Assembly: GCA_965214705.1 (NCBI GenBank)
Contig: OZ243972.1
Coordinates: 2,880,001 to 2,944,000, forward strand
From: Alphaproteobacteria bacterium
Lineage (GTDB): Bacteria; Pseudomonadota; Alphaproteobacteria; UBA828
Direction of reading: 5' to 3'
Length of the DNA: 64,000 nt
The notes under the pieces were generated by a model, which saw only the letters and a program-made list of their open reading frames with translations, was not told the origin of the DNA and ran no database searches. Both the position numbers and the translations under genes were made by a program. This document shows positions 54,196-63,940 of the stretch, piece by piece; the first letter of the stretch is position 1; every line of letters begins with the position of its first letter.

Positions 54196-56291
54196 CCCAT
54201 CTTTGCCACTTTTCGGTCCCGAAGGCCTGATTTTGGGTAGCCTTTGGGATCTAAGGCACTGATTTTGTTGGATTGTGTTTTGGGAAGTCCATTGTAGTGC
54301 CATAATCTTTGGTCTGTGGGCCGGCGCTCCTTGACAGTCCGCAAACTGTCCGTGACCCTGCCGCCATGTTCATTCGCAAAACCCTCACCGGTCGCGGAGA
54401 CGGTGGCGAGCGCTATGCCACCTACCGCCTCGTGCGCAGCGAACGCATCGGCGGAAGGGTGCGCCAGGTCACGCTCCTCAATCTCGGCGCCGACTTCGGT
54501 GTGCCCGAGGAGCAATGGCGCGAATTGGCGCTTCTGATCGAAACCCTTCTCGCCGGCAGCGAGCCGCTGCTGGAGCCGGATGCCGCCTTGCGCCCCGTCG
54601 CCGAGGACGTCGTACGGCGGCTTCACGCCCGCGATCTCGGCGCGTCGCGGCCCGGGGACGAGAGCGACCTGGCCACGGTCCGTCTCGATAGCCTCTCCCA
54701 CGAACAGGTCCGCTCGGTGGGCTGCGAGCGCCTGGCTCTCGCCGCGCTTGACGACCTTCGCTTCATCGAGACGCTGGAGAGGCTGGGCGCAAGTGAGCGC
54801 GACGCACGCATCGCGGCGGCACTGGTGGTCGCGCGCATGATCCATCCCTCCAGCGAGCGCGAGGCCTTCCGCTGGCTGAGCGCGAACAGCGCGACCCTGG
54901 AGTTGCTCGATGTCGACAGCGGCAAGTCGCTCACGCTCAGCAAGCTCTACCGCATCGGCGACCTCTTGTGGCGTCACCGCGCGGCGCTTGAAGAGGCGCT
55001 GTGCGCCCGGGAGCGCGATCTCTTCGGCATCCCCGACACCATCGTCTTCTTCGACCTGACCAACACCCATATGACCGGACGGCCCAGCTCCGCGCTGGCC
55101 CGCTTCGGGCGCTCGAAGCAGAGGCGTGACGATTGTCCGATCGTGACCCTGGCCCTGTCGCTGAACCAGGCCGGCTTTCCGCAGCACAGCGAGATCCTGC
55201 CCGGCAACATCTCCGAGCCGGCCACTCTCGCCGACGCCATCGGGCGGCTGGAATGCCAAGCGCGCGGCAGCAACGCCCCCAGGCCCACGGTCATCATGGA
55301 CGCCGGCATCTCCACCGAGGCCAACCTCGCCTGGCTGCGGGCGGGCGGCTATCACTGGATCACCGTTCGCCGCGGCGTCTCGGCGCCGCCCGGGCGCGAA
55401 GCCGATGCCGCCTTCGAAACCCGGGCCGGCCACGATGCCCGCGCCTGGCGTCTCGCGGCAGGGGACGACGAAGCGCACCTGTGCGTCTGGAGCCATGAGC
55501 GCCAGCAGAAGGACGAGGCCGTGCTCGCCCGTCAGCGTCACAACTTCGAGGACGCCCTGCGCGCCCTGCATGGCGGGCTGTCGAAGAAGAACCACATCAA
55601 GCAGTTCACCAAGGTGATGGAGAAGCTGGGCCGGCTGAAGGAAAGGTACAGGCGCGTCCACCGTCAGTACGACATCGAGGTCGAGCCCGGAGAGAAGGGG
55701 CGGGCCAGTGCGGTCCGCTGGAGGCGCAACGCTCTCCATGCCGAGCGCGACCGCCAAGCGGGCATCTATGTGCTGCGCACCAGCCACGTCGAGTGGGATC
55801 TTGAAACCGTGGTCCGAACCTACTGGAAGCTCACAGAGCTCGAGGCCACCTTCCGCAGCCTGAAATCCGAAATCGGCCTGCGCCCGGTCTGGCACTCCAA
55901 GACCTCGCGCATCGCCGCCCACCTGTTCATCGCCGTCCTCGCCTACCACGCGGTTCATCTGCTGCGAACCCGTCTGGCGGCGCACGGCTTGCATGACCGC
56001 TGGAGTACGATCCGCGACAAGCTCGCGGGCTGGGTGCGTCTCACCTCCACCATCCGGGAGGTGGACGGAAACCGCATCGTCATCCGCCAGGATGCTCAAC
56101 CCGACGCCGAGGCGCGCGTCATCGCGCAGGCGGCGGGCCTCACGGTGGATCCCCACAGGCGCCGGGCGGTGCTCCCGGGAGTGTCGCGATGAGCGCACAA
56201 ACGTAGTGCCATAATCCCAGATGGGCCAGAAAATCAGCCCATCATCGCAACTACTTAGGTCGCAGGCGCGCGCCAAAATGGCAAAGATGGG
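54196..56291 (+). mobile_element. IS1634-family insertion sequence
   Basis: 17-bp IRs CCCATCTTTGCCA(C/T)TTT (16/17); flanked by TTTA on both sides. Confidence 0.92.
54366..56192 (+). CDS. IS1634-family transposase
   Basis: MFIRKT, LVRSERIGGRVRQ, FFDLTNT, FGRSKQRRDDC, IMDAGI, EATFRSLKSEIGLRP. Confidence 0.93.
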   Translation: MFIRKTLTGRGDGGERYATYRLVRSERIGGRVRQVTLLNLGADFGVPEEQWRELALLIETLLAGSEPLLEPDAALRPVAEDVVRRLHARDLGASRPGDESDLATVRLDSLSHEQVRSVGCERLALAALDDLRFIETLERLGASERDARIAAALVVARMIHPSSEREAFRWLSANSATLELLDVDSGKSLTLSKLYRIGDLLWRHRAALEEALCARERDLFGIPDTIVFFDLTNTHMTGRPSSALARFGRSKQRRDDCPIVTLALSLNQAGFPQHSEILPGNISEPATLADAIGRLECQARGSNAPRPTVIMDAGISTEANLAWLRAGGYHWITVRRGVSAPPGREADAAFETRAGHDARAWRLAAGDDEAHLCVWSHERQQKDEAVLARQRHNFEDALRALHGGLSKKNHIKQFTKVMEKLGRLKERYRRVHRQYDIEVEPGEKGRASAVRWRRNALHAERDRQAGIYVLRTSHVEWDLETVVRTYWKLTELEATFRSLKSEIGLRPVWHSKTSRIAAHLFIAVLAYHAVHLLRTRLAAHGLHDRWSTIRDKLAGWVRLTSTIREVDGNRIVIRQDAQPDAEARVIAQAAGLTVDPHRRRAVLPGVSR

Positions 56292-56380
56292 TTTAGATGC
56301 ACGACGCTTTGAGGGCTGGGTCAACCCGTATGAGACTCGGTCCTCTGAACCGCTGTGGCCCTGGCCCCTTATTCATCTTC

Positions 56381-57961
56381 TTACTGGCTTGCCAGGGTAT
56401 CGGCCGTCGCAGCAGCCAAGACCTCTTCTTCCGTCGTTTCCGCGGTTTTGTAAGTTCCCACCACGGCGCCCGCTCGCAATACAACTATTCTGTCTGCGGT
56501 GAGAAATATCTCCTCAAGGTCCGAAGATACCACCATCACCGCTTTTCCTTCCTTTGCCAACTCGTCGATTACGTCGTAAACCTCTTTCTTGGTGGCGATA
56601 TCGACACCTTGGGTCGGATCATGAAATATGAAGATGTCCGGATCGCTGGCCAGAAGGCGCGCGATCACGACCTTCTGCTGATTACCGCCGCTCAGTTGGC
56701 CGATGAGATCATCCGTTGAGCTGATCTTAATTCTGAATCGATCGACATATGACTTCGCGAGCGTTGCTTCGCCAGATGGCTTCAGCACGCCTCCGGCCGA
56801 AACATCGGAAAGCATGAGCAGCGTAATGTGCTGCGCGACCGTCAATACCGGAAATATCGCGTCCTTGCCGCGATCTGCCGGCACATACCCAATGCCGGCC
56901 CTGATCGCCTCACTAGGAGCTCCGATACTCACAGATTTTTCATCAACGGAAATAGTCCCCGTCGGATGAACATGGCTCATACCCAGCAAGCTGCCAACCA
57001 AAGCGTCGGTTCCAGAACCGACCGAGCCAAATACGCCTAAGATTTCTCCGGCATGAATTGACAGCGTAACCGTCGACAGCTGTGCCGGGCCTAGCCTATT
57101 GAGAGGCGCCAACGATAGGTCCTGGATGGACAGCATTTCCTTGCCGCGCTCATAGCCCGTTCTGCTTTCCAGTTGGACGCTCCGTCCTACCATCGCCCGC
57201 ACGACGCGCTGAGTCACCTCTACCGGGTCGCCACGGTCAAGGTGATCAGCCACGCGACCATCCCGGAGCACGGTAATGCGATCGGCGATACTGGCGATCT
57301 CGTCCAGCCGGTGCGAAATGTAGATGATCGAAATGCCGCGGTTCTTCAGTTCAAGGACGTAATCGAATAGCACTTGTGTTTCCGTTTCCGTCAGCGCCGC
57401 CGTCGGCTCATCCAGCGCAAGCACGCGGACACCACGTGCCATCGCTCTCGTAATAATGACGAGCTTCTGTTTGGCGGCAGACAAGCTCCTCATCGAGTCG
57501 GTGGGGCTGCAATCAATACGAAAATCGTCGATTAGCTTCTTGGCATCGCCGAGCATTCTGTTCCAGTCGACTATGCCGAAGCGGTGCGGCTCGCGATTAA
57601 GGAAGATGTTTTCTGCAACGCTGAGTTCAGACACGACCTGAAGATCTTGCGGAACGAGGAATATTCCTGCGGCTTCAGCTTCCGAGATGTTGTGAGTATT
57701 GAGCCTCTTACCTTCGAGACGAAGTTCTCCGTCATATGTGTTGACTCCGTAAACTCCACAAATCACTTTCACCAGAGTTGACTTTCCTGCACCATTTTCA
57801 CCCACAACCGCATGCACGTCGTGTCGCCGGAATTCAACTGTGACATGGTCCAGGGCGCGGGTCGCTTCAAAGTTCTTGCTGATATCATCCGCGGTCAAGA
57901 TGACAGAGTGCTCGTGACCAGAAACCCGCTCTACTGCTGATTGGTTTTGTGGTTCATACAT
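56381..57961 (-). CDS. Sugar ABC ATP-binding protein (two NBDs, XylG/RbsA-like)
   Basis: GENGAGKSTL, LDEPTAAL, YISHRL, LSGGNQQK, SSDLEE. Confidence 0.92.
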   Translation of the reverse strand: MYEPQNQSAVERVSGHEHSVILTADDISKNFEATRALDHVTVEFRRHDVHAVVGENGAGKSTLVKVICGVYGVNTYDGELRLEGKRLNTHNISEAEAAGIFLVPQDLQVVSELSVAENIFLNREPHRFGIVDWNRMLGDAKKLIDDFRIDCSPTDSMRSLSAAKQKLVIITRAMARGVRVLALDEPTAALTETETQVLFDYVLELKNRGISIIYISHRLDEIASIADRITVLRDGRVADHLDRGDPVEVTQRVVRAMVGRSVQLESRTGYERGKEMLSIQDLSLAPLNRLGPAQLSTVTLSIHAGEILGVFGSVGSGTDALVGSLLGMSHVHPTGTISVDEKSVSIGAPSEAIRAGIGYVPADRGKDAIFPVLTVAQHITLLMLSDVSAGGVLKPSGEATLAKSYVDRFRIKISSTDDLIGQLSGGNQQKVVIARLLASDPDIFIFHDPTQGVDIATKKEVYDVIDELAKEGKAVMVVSSDLEEIFLTADRIVVLRAGAVVGTYKTAETTEEEVLAAATADTLASQ

Positions 57962-58994
57962 CTTCGGAGTTCCCGCCGCGACTGGTATTGCGCTCCCCGC
58001 CCTGAGCAGGGATCGTTTCAATGCTTGCTGGCGAGGTAAGTTCTTCAAACTGTCGCCGAAGCTCAATTGCCTCTTCGATGCCGATCAGTTTGAACCGCAA
58101 GATCTGTCCGGGCCGGGCCTGACCAATTTTCCAGAGCGACGCAGACACCACCACTACAGGATTTATGAAGCCCCCCATGGTCGGAGCGTCTGCCGGCAGA
58201 ATGATCGGTGTATCGCCGCACAGATTGACCGCCCCCAATGGGTAACCAGCGCTTACGACATTGGTGGGATCGGGCCCATGCTGGGGATCCTTGTCCAGAG
58301 CTCGCCTCGAAAAGGTCAGCTGAGGCCCCTTCAGGCGCATCCCGGTTCGGTCGCTTCGGCCGGTAATCTTCCATGGCCCGTCGAGGAGGGTTTCCTGCCC
58401 GTTCGAATCGAGCCAATCGAAATGAGGACCCACCGTAACCTCTACAGACCACTCGTTCGGATAGGTGGGCCGCCCCGCGGCTTTGACCCGGCATTCGGTT
58501 GCCGCCGCTGCAGTGCCGAAGCTAAGCAGCTCGTCGGCCTTGAGAGGTCCCGCACCGCCGAAACCCGACGGAAATGCGGATTTGCTGCCGAGTATTGTCT
58601 CCGCTTCAAAACCTCCCGCGATGGCGATGTAGAGCCGTGCTCCTGTTCGGGCCCAAGGGCACGCCAAGATCTGCCCCGACCGCGCGCTGACAGTTTCCCA
58701 GAGCGGAATCGGCTCGTCATCCAGAAGGGGCTGCCAGTCTCCGCCCGTCAATGCGATGACTGCATCACCGAGAAACTCGAGTTTTACCCCGACAAATTGG
58801 ACTTCCAATGCCGCGGCAGTTGGCGGATTACCGACCAAGAGATTGGCAAGCTTAAAGGCGGCCGCATCCATGGGGCCCGATAATGGAATCCCTACCCGCC
58901 AGTAGCCGATCCGCCCAGGATAATCCTGGATGCAGGTTTGCAGACCGGGCTCTAAGACGCGGATCGAGTTCGACATCGCTGTGCCATCAATCAT
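57954..58994 (-). CDS. PxpC-like carboxyltransferase-family protein (allophanate hydrolase subunit 2)
   Basis: PGLQTCIQDYPGR, SGPMD, ANLLVGN, SDRTGMRL, DAPTMGGF, GQARPG. Confidence 0.9.
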   Translation of the reverse strand: MIDGTAMSNSIRVLEPGLQTCIQDYPGRIGYWRVGIPLSGPMDAAAFKLANLLVGNPPTAAALEVQFVGVKLEFLGDAVIALTGGDWQPLLDDEPIPLWETVSARSGQILACPWARTGARLYIAIAGGFEAETILGSKSAFPSGFGGAGPLKADELLSFGTAAAATECRVKAAGRPTYPNEWSVEVTVGPHFDWLDSNGQETLLDGPWKITGRSDRTGMRLKGPQLTFSRRALDKDPQHGPDPTNVVSAGYPLGAVNLCGDTPIILPADAPTMGGFINPVVVVSASLWKIGQARPGQILRFKLIGIEEAIELRRQFEELTSPASIETIPAQGGERNTSRGGNSEDV

Positions 58995-59920
58995 ATGTGG
59001 TCGGCAGAACGGTCCAAACCTGCAAGCCAGTCTTCATAGCGCGAAAACGAAAAAACCTCGTAGCCCCATATCAAATAGCGGTACGTGCCTGCCTTCACCT
59101 GCGCCTCAATGAACTCGTTTTCCTCGGACGATATTGGGCGAAACTTGATGCGATCGCCGGGCTCCAGGAGCGTTGCCTTCTCCCTGAACGGGACGAGACG
59201 GGTGTCCAAGCTGTAGATCGGAGTTGGCGTCCGGCCGATGATGTAATAGCCCCCTGGTGAGTCCACGGGGTAAATCGACGTGAAACCGCCCCCGACGCCA
59301 ATCGCGCCGGCCACTGTATAAAGTCGCGGCGGATTGTACTTGGGCACTGTCAGCGTGACCCGTGGATCCAGCGGCAGCAATTCAGGAGTTCCGGCATAAA
59401 ACCCGATGCCCGCCACCCAGTGTTGTGTGCTTGAATGACGTCGCACCAGCTCTTCGGGCCCGCTAAGCCCATTAATTCGAGCAACATAGGTTGGGTTATC
59501 TTCCATTGGAGCAATTTGCCTGTTGTATTGCTCGACACATTCCCGAGTGAGCGGATCACGATAGTAAACCGGGAGCTCCATCAGGCGCGAAGCCAAGGTC
59601 ATGTCGACTTCGTCCGCCATTTCGTTCCACACTGTCTCAACAACACTCCTGAGACGAGTCGGAGACAAGGCAAGAGAATCATAGTGAATGAGAACGGAGA
59701 CAAACATCGGGAGGGTCTCGATGATCCCTTCTATCTTTTCGTCCATAATCCGCTTGGCCAGCTGAATGACCTTGATGTTCAACGACAATTCCATCCCTTC
59801 GCCAACCTCGACCAGAACAAAGCGATCCCCACCCAGAAGAAAGCGAATGCCTCCTTCGACAATAGGGGGCGGCATATCGGCAACGCCTGCCTTCGCTGCC
59901 TTCGGGGAGTTCATCTGCAC
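58991..59920 (-). CDS. PxpB-like carboxyltransferase-family protein (allophanate hydrolase subunit 1)
   Basis: GGDRFVLVE, IHYD, PKYNPPRL, IYPVDSPGGYYIIGRT, PGDRIKF. Confidence 0.9.
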   Translation of the reverse strand: MQMNSPKAAKAGVADMPPPIVEGGIRFLLGGDRFVLVEVGEGMELSLNIKVIQLAKRIMDEKIEGIIETLPMFVSVLIHYDSLALSPTRLRSVVETVWNEMADEVDMTLASRLMELPVYYRDPLTRECVEQYNRQIAPMEDNPTYVARINGLSGPEELVRRHSSTQHWVAGIGFYAGTPELLPLDPRVTLTVPKYNPPRLYTVAGAIGVGGGFTSIYPVDSPGGYYIIGRTPTPIYSLDTRLVPFREKATLLEPGDRIKFRPISSEENEFIEAQVKAGTYRYLIWGYEVFSFSRYEDWLAGLDRSADHI

Positions 59921-59961
59921 GCGTTCCTCTATTGCCCGTCAACGAACTCAAAAAGCCGCTT

Positions 59962-61140
59962 TCATCGCCCGGAGGCTCTGCCACGCTTGTCGAGGTAAAC
60001 AGCAACGAGCAAGACCAATCCATTGGCAATCATCTGGTAATTAGTGTCTATGTTCATAAGCCCCATTCCATTGTTGAGGCTTTCCAGGAGCAAGGCGCCA
60101 ATAACCGCCCCCAGCGGTGTACCGATGCCGCCGAAAAGACTGGTGCCCCCGATGACCGCTGAGGCAATGACGGCGAGCTCCAGCGCAATGCCGGCATTGG
60201 GAACGGCAACACCAACGCGGCCATCGAGAATCAGGCCAGCCATTGCATAGAGTGAGCCCATTAGCGTGAACGCGGCGAAGACATTCCACTTGGTATTGAT
60301 GCCTGCATAGATCGCCGCAGAGGGATTGCCGCCAATCGCATAGAGGCGTCGGCCAAAGACCGTGCGCGCCATCAGGAAGGTAACAATGGCTATGACTGCT
60401 CCGAGTATCGCAATCGATACTGGCGTCCCCCGATATGAGAAGGCGATTCCGGTTACGGCGATCGCGAGCAATCCCATCAAAAGCACCGGCAGACCTGCGG
60501 CAGCGAAAAAGCTCAGAGGTCGATTCGGGTCGGCAATGCGAGACCGCGCCCGCCAGTCGAAATACTTGGTTATGCTATAGCCAGAAACGACAACGGCCAT
60601 TGCAATCGCGGTCCAGGACGCGGAAATAAAGTCAGCAGCAAGAAACGTCAGGAGGCCATTATGGGTAACGGTCGAGCCTCCGGTTATGGTCAATGCGGCG
60701 CCGCGAAGCGCGAGGAGGCTTGCTAAAGTCACAATGAAGGCGGGCACACCCATCCAGGCAACCCAAAAGCCTTGCCACATGCCGATGAGCAGTCCAAGTC
60801 CTATGGTAATCGCGCAAATTAACAATGGGTCCGTGGTAAAGCCCAAACCCCTTACGGGATCGACAAGCAACGCCGCAAATACGCCCGTAAAGGCCACTGC
60901 AGAGCCTATGGATAAGTCAATGTGCCCTGGTACCATCACCATGACGATGCCAACGGCTAGAATCGCGGTGATTGCGACCTGGATTGTTAGTGTCGTCAGA
61001 TTTCGTGGAGACAGGAACAGTCCGTCGGTCAGAACTTGAAACACGATCCAGACACCGACGAGGACTCCGACGAGGGTCAGGGCGCGCAGCTGCGCGACTG
61101 GGATCCGTCCGCTTACGAAGAAAAGGCTAGGGAATCGCAT
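59962..61140 (-). CDS. Sugar ABC permease (XylH-like)
   Basis: FLSPRNL, IDLSIGS, PAFIVTL, FGRRLYAIGGN, VIGGTSLFGG. Confidence 0.92.
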   Translation of the reverse strand: MRFPSLFFVSGRIPVAQLRALTLVGVLVGVWIVFQVLTDGLFLSPRNLTTLTIQVAITAILAVGIVMVMVPGHIDLSIGSAVAFTGVFAALLVDPVRGLGFTTDPLLICAITIGLGLLIGMWQGFWVAWMGVPAFIVTLASLLALRGAALTITGGSTVTHNGLLTFLAADFISASWTAIAMAVVVSGYSITKYFDWRARSRIADPNRPLSFFAAAGLPVLLMGLLAIAVTGIAFSYRGTPVSIAILGAVIAIVTFLMARTVFGRRLYAIGGNPSAAIYAGINTKWNVFAAFTLMGSLYAMAGLILDGRVGVAVPNAGIALELAVIASAVIGGTSLFGGIGTPLGAVIGALLLESLNNGMGLMNIDTNYQMIANGLVLLVAVYLDKRGRASGR

Positions 61141-61353
61141 GAAGCCTGCTTGTCCTACTCTTCTAGGTAGGATGTGAGTCGCTTCATGCTAAGTTTGGCC
61201 GGAATTTCGTTCAACGACAATACTTGGAGAGCATGAGCGAATTCGCAAATCGGAAAAGATCGCGGGTCCACTATAGGGAACCCGCGATCCATTCCAAAGA
61301 TCGCCTCAGGTCGGCGAAGCAACCCAAGCGACCGAGTCTTCGGAAACCGTATC

Positions 61354-62451
61354 CTAAATCCCCAGTTCTTCCCGGGTCACCCACCATGGGTTGGCATCCG
61401 CAAACTCGGAAACCGAAATGGAGTCCGGCTCCGTGCCGTCGATCGTCACGTTGACAATGTCGATCTTATCCCAGGGAACGTCGCCCCACCCATTGTTATA
61501 GGTGGAATTGGCACTACTGGGGAGACCTGCCAGCTTCTCATAGAGAAGATCGGCGGCCCGAGAGCCCATCAAGTCAAACTTGGTCCAGGCCGTGACGAGC
61601 GTTTCTTTTGCGAGGACCAGCTTGAGTGCCTGAGGCTCCGCATCTTCACCGGTCACGGGAATCTTGCCGGCCAGCCCTTGCGCGCGCAGTGCCTCGATCA
61701 CGCCGTATGCGCCGCCATCCCAGGAGCACGCGACCGCAGCGATGTTATTGTCGTTTGCGGTCAGTGCCTGCTCGACCTGCTTGCGTGCCAACTCGCCCGA
61801 CCAAGCGCGCATGTACTGGTCGTGGACGATTGTTATGGCCCCACTGTCAACGAACGGCTGAATAATTTCCATGATGCCCTGGTGTTTCAGCCGGGCGATG
61901 TCGGTGCCGATGTCGCCATTGGTGAAAACGTAGTTGCCCTCCGGCGCAGCCGCCGTGGCAGCGCGGCCAAGCATGCGGCCAAGCTCGACTCCATCTCGGG
62001 CGGCGATGCCGGCCAGCTCCACATTCGGGATAATGTAGTTCTCCGAAACGACCGGAACGCCCGCATCATTGCACTTTCGAACGCTGGCGACCGCCGCATC
62101 GATATCAACGGGAACCAGCGCAAGCCCATCGATGCCTTGAGTCAGCATATTTTCTACTTGGCTTGCCTGAAGAATGGGATCGCTATTGGAGGAAATTAGG
62201 GGCAACGGTTCCATTCCCAGCTCTTCAGCACGACGGTTAAAGTACTCTCCATCGGCTGCTTTCCAGCGTTGCTGATCAAAGCTGGGCAGAATAATCGCCA
62301 CCTTGAACTTCTTGGTATCGCCATACGTAATTCGGGGAATGGTCGCCGCAGCAACTGTTGCAGCGGCTGCCCCGGATGCCTTGGTCAAGACCTCCCGCCG
62401 CGTATGCTTCTTGACGCCTTGGTCCTTCTTATTGGTTGTTTTTTCCGACAT
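61354..62451 (-). CDS. Sugar ABC substrate-binding protein (XylF-like), Tat-exported
   Basis: TRREVL signal; QQRWKAAD, QVENML, GNYV, VTGEDA; RBS GGGGAGG. Confidence 0.88.
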   Translation of the reverse strand: MSEKTTNKKDQGVKKHTRREVLTKASGAAAATVAAATIPRITYGDTKKFKVAIILPSFDQQRWKAADGEYFNRRAEELGMEPLPLISSNSDPILQASQVENMLTQGIDGLALVPVDIDAAVASVRKCNDAGVPVVSENYIIPNVELAGIAARDGVELGRMLGRAATAAAPEGNYVFTNGDIGTDIARLKHQGIMEIIQPFVDSGAITIVHDQYMRAWSGELARKQVEQALTANDNNIAAVACSWDGGAYGVIEALRAQGLAGKIPVTGEDAEPQALKLVLAKETLVTAWTKFDLMGSRAADLLYEKLAGLPSSANSTYNNGWGDVPWDKIDIVNVTIDGTEPDSISVSEFADANPWWVTREELGI

Positions 62452-62806
62452 GATCTAATCCTCCCCTGGGTTGATAAAAATCTGTGCAACCGTATCGTAT
62501 CACCTTCAAACCTCTATTGCAAAGCGGCCATCTTCGACTGTGATCGTAAAAGGCATTTGATTACATATGGTTATGTGTCGGCGGTGGCGCTTATCACCGC
62601 AAGCCGGGCCAGGTATGCCGGGGGTGCCTTGGCAAGCCGGGGCATGCTCTTCCGGGAGCTGGTCGCGTTAGCGCAGCACGGCTATGGTATGGGTGGGTGA
62701 CGTCGCAGCGTGGCACGAAGATGCCCTCGTATCTGGTTCCTCAGCCAGCCTGCCGGGATCGATCTCGGGGGCGGCACCAGGAGGGCATTTGAGCGACGCA
62801 CTCTCC

Positions 62807-63406
62807 TTACTTCACTAAACTCCTTACAAAATGCAATATCACCCATAACTTCATGCCCTTCTGATTGGTTTTGATTTCACGCAATTCTACAACGACGTCT
62901 TCAACTTCAAAAGCGATCGATAACTGATTGAACCAATAGGCGTGATCTATGGGTTCACCGCCGTAAAATCCGAATATGATATAGCTGTCGTTTCCGCTAA
63001 CCTTGATTCTCGCGAACGGAACTCGAGCCGATGTAACTTCCTCTTCCAAGCGGAGCCAAGCCTTGCGCTGCTCCATCAGGAATTGTTCCCCGGCTTCATT
63101 TCGAAACACAAACCTTGTTATTTCAGGGCTGCCTGGAATTTCGGCCAGACCAGCAATCGTGTATCCGCGAGGAATTCTAAGCGGACGAACGACATCAAAG
63201 CCTGCCGTCTTGCAAGCCTCTTCAATCAACGCCAGCTCGGCGTCTTCCGATACTTTGCGAAGAGAACGCAAAAGCGGACCACACAATAGTGAAACGATGT
63301 TGGCAACATGTATTCGAACCTTGAACCGCCACTTTTGGTATGCCGTCGCTCTTGATTCCGGAAAAGTGCCGTAACGGCCGCGAGAAAAAGAATCACCTGA
63401 ACTCAT
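62807..63406 (-). CDS. Hypothetical protein
   Basis: 199-codon ORF in AT-rich DNA; EEACKTAGFDVVRP.RIPRGY loosely resembles DUF4367-type domains. Confidence 0.65.
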   Translation of the reverse strand: MSSGDSFSRGRYGTFPESRATAYQKWRFKVRIHVANIVSLLCGPLLRSLRKVSEDAELALIEEACKTAGFDVVRPLRIPRGYTIAGLAEIPGSPEITRFVFRNEAGEQFLMEQRKAWLRLEEEVTSARVPFARIKVSGNDSYIIFGFYGGEPIDHAYWFNQLSIAFEVEDVVVELREIKTNQKGMKLWVILHFVRSLVK

Positions 63407-63549
63407 GGATGAACGTTAGCCCAAGGAAATAAACGCAGCAATCACATCGGGGAGCCAAGCTGTTGATCGCAATGCTGGGGTGGACCAAGTTCAGCACCGT
63501 CTGCGGTACGCTTTTCGCCACGGGCGCCTCGGTCGGCAGGAATGTGACT

Positions 63550-63757
63550 GGGGTAGACGGCCAAATCGAAGGTAAGGCTTATCCCTCTGGCTCCGGTTCC
63601 CCAACATGTTGTACCGGCCACCTCGGCGGCGGTATCCGACACGGTCGCAGTTCCTTCCGTGTCTCAATGGGTTGCCCGTAAAGTGCCCAGCGATCCGGCA
63701 CCCCACATATGGAGAAGCCGGATGTAAGGGGATAAGCCTTTCGAAGGTATCATCCCC
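63550..63757 (-). ncRNA. Candidate rod-like structured RNA or long imperfect palindrome
   Basis: Nested inverted repeats, including a perfect 12-bp and a perfect 7-bp stem; three stem mismatches become G-U pairs on the minus strand. Confidence 0.5.
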
Positions 63758-63868
63758 GGCCTGGTCGCGTTCCGCCGCAGCCCATCTCGTCCTGACCGGC
63801 TGGAGGAAGAGAAGTGGGTATGGGTTCGGCCAGCACGGCCTGACCCAAGCCGCAACGCGTGCGCCACG

Positions 63869-63901
63869 CCAGCGGCCTGTTACCAGCGGCCTGTTACCAG
63901 C
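63869..63901. repeat. 14-bp tandem repeat (about 2.4 copies)
   Basis: CCAGCGGCCTGTTA-CCAGCGGCCTGTTA-CCAGC. Confidence 0.85.
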
Positions 63902-63940
63902 TTATTGCAGATCGGCTCACGCGCCTCAGCAGAAAGGTAG

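Noticed and set aside
63869-63901. 14-bp tandem repeat as a mini-CRISPR or iteron set
   Set aside because: Only about two adjacent copies with no spacers; no cas genes or CRISPR array were seen anywhere in the window.
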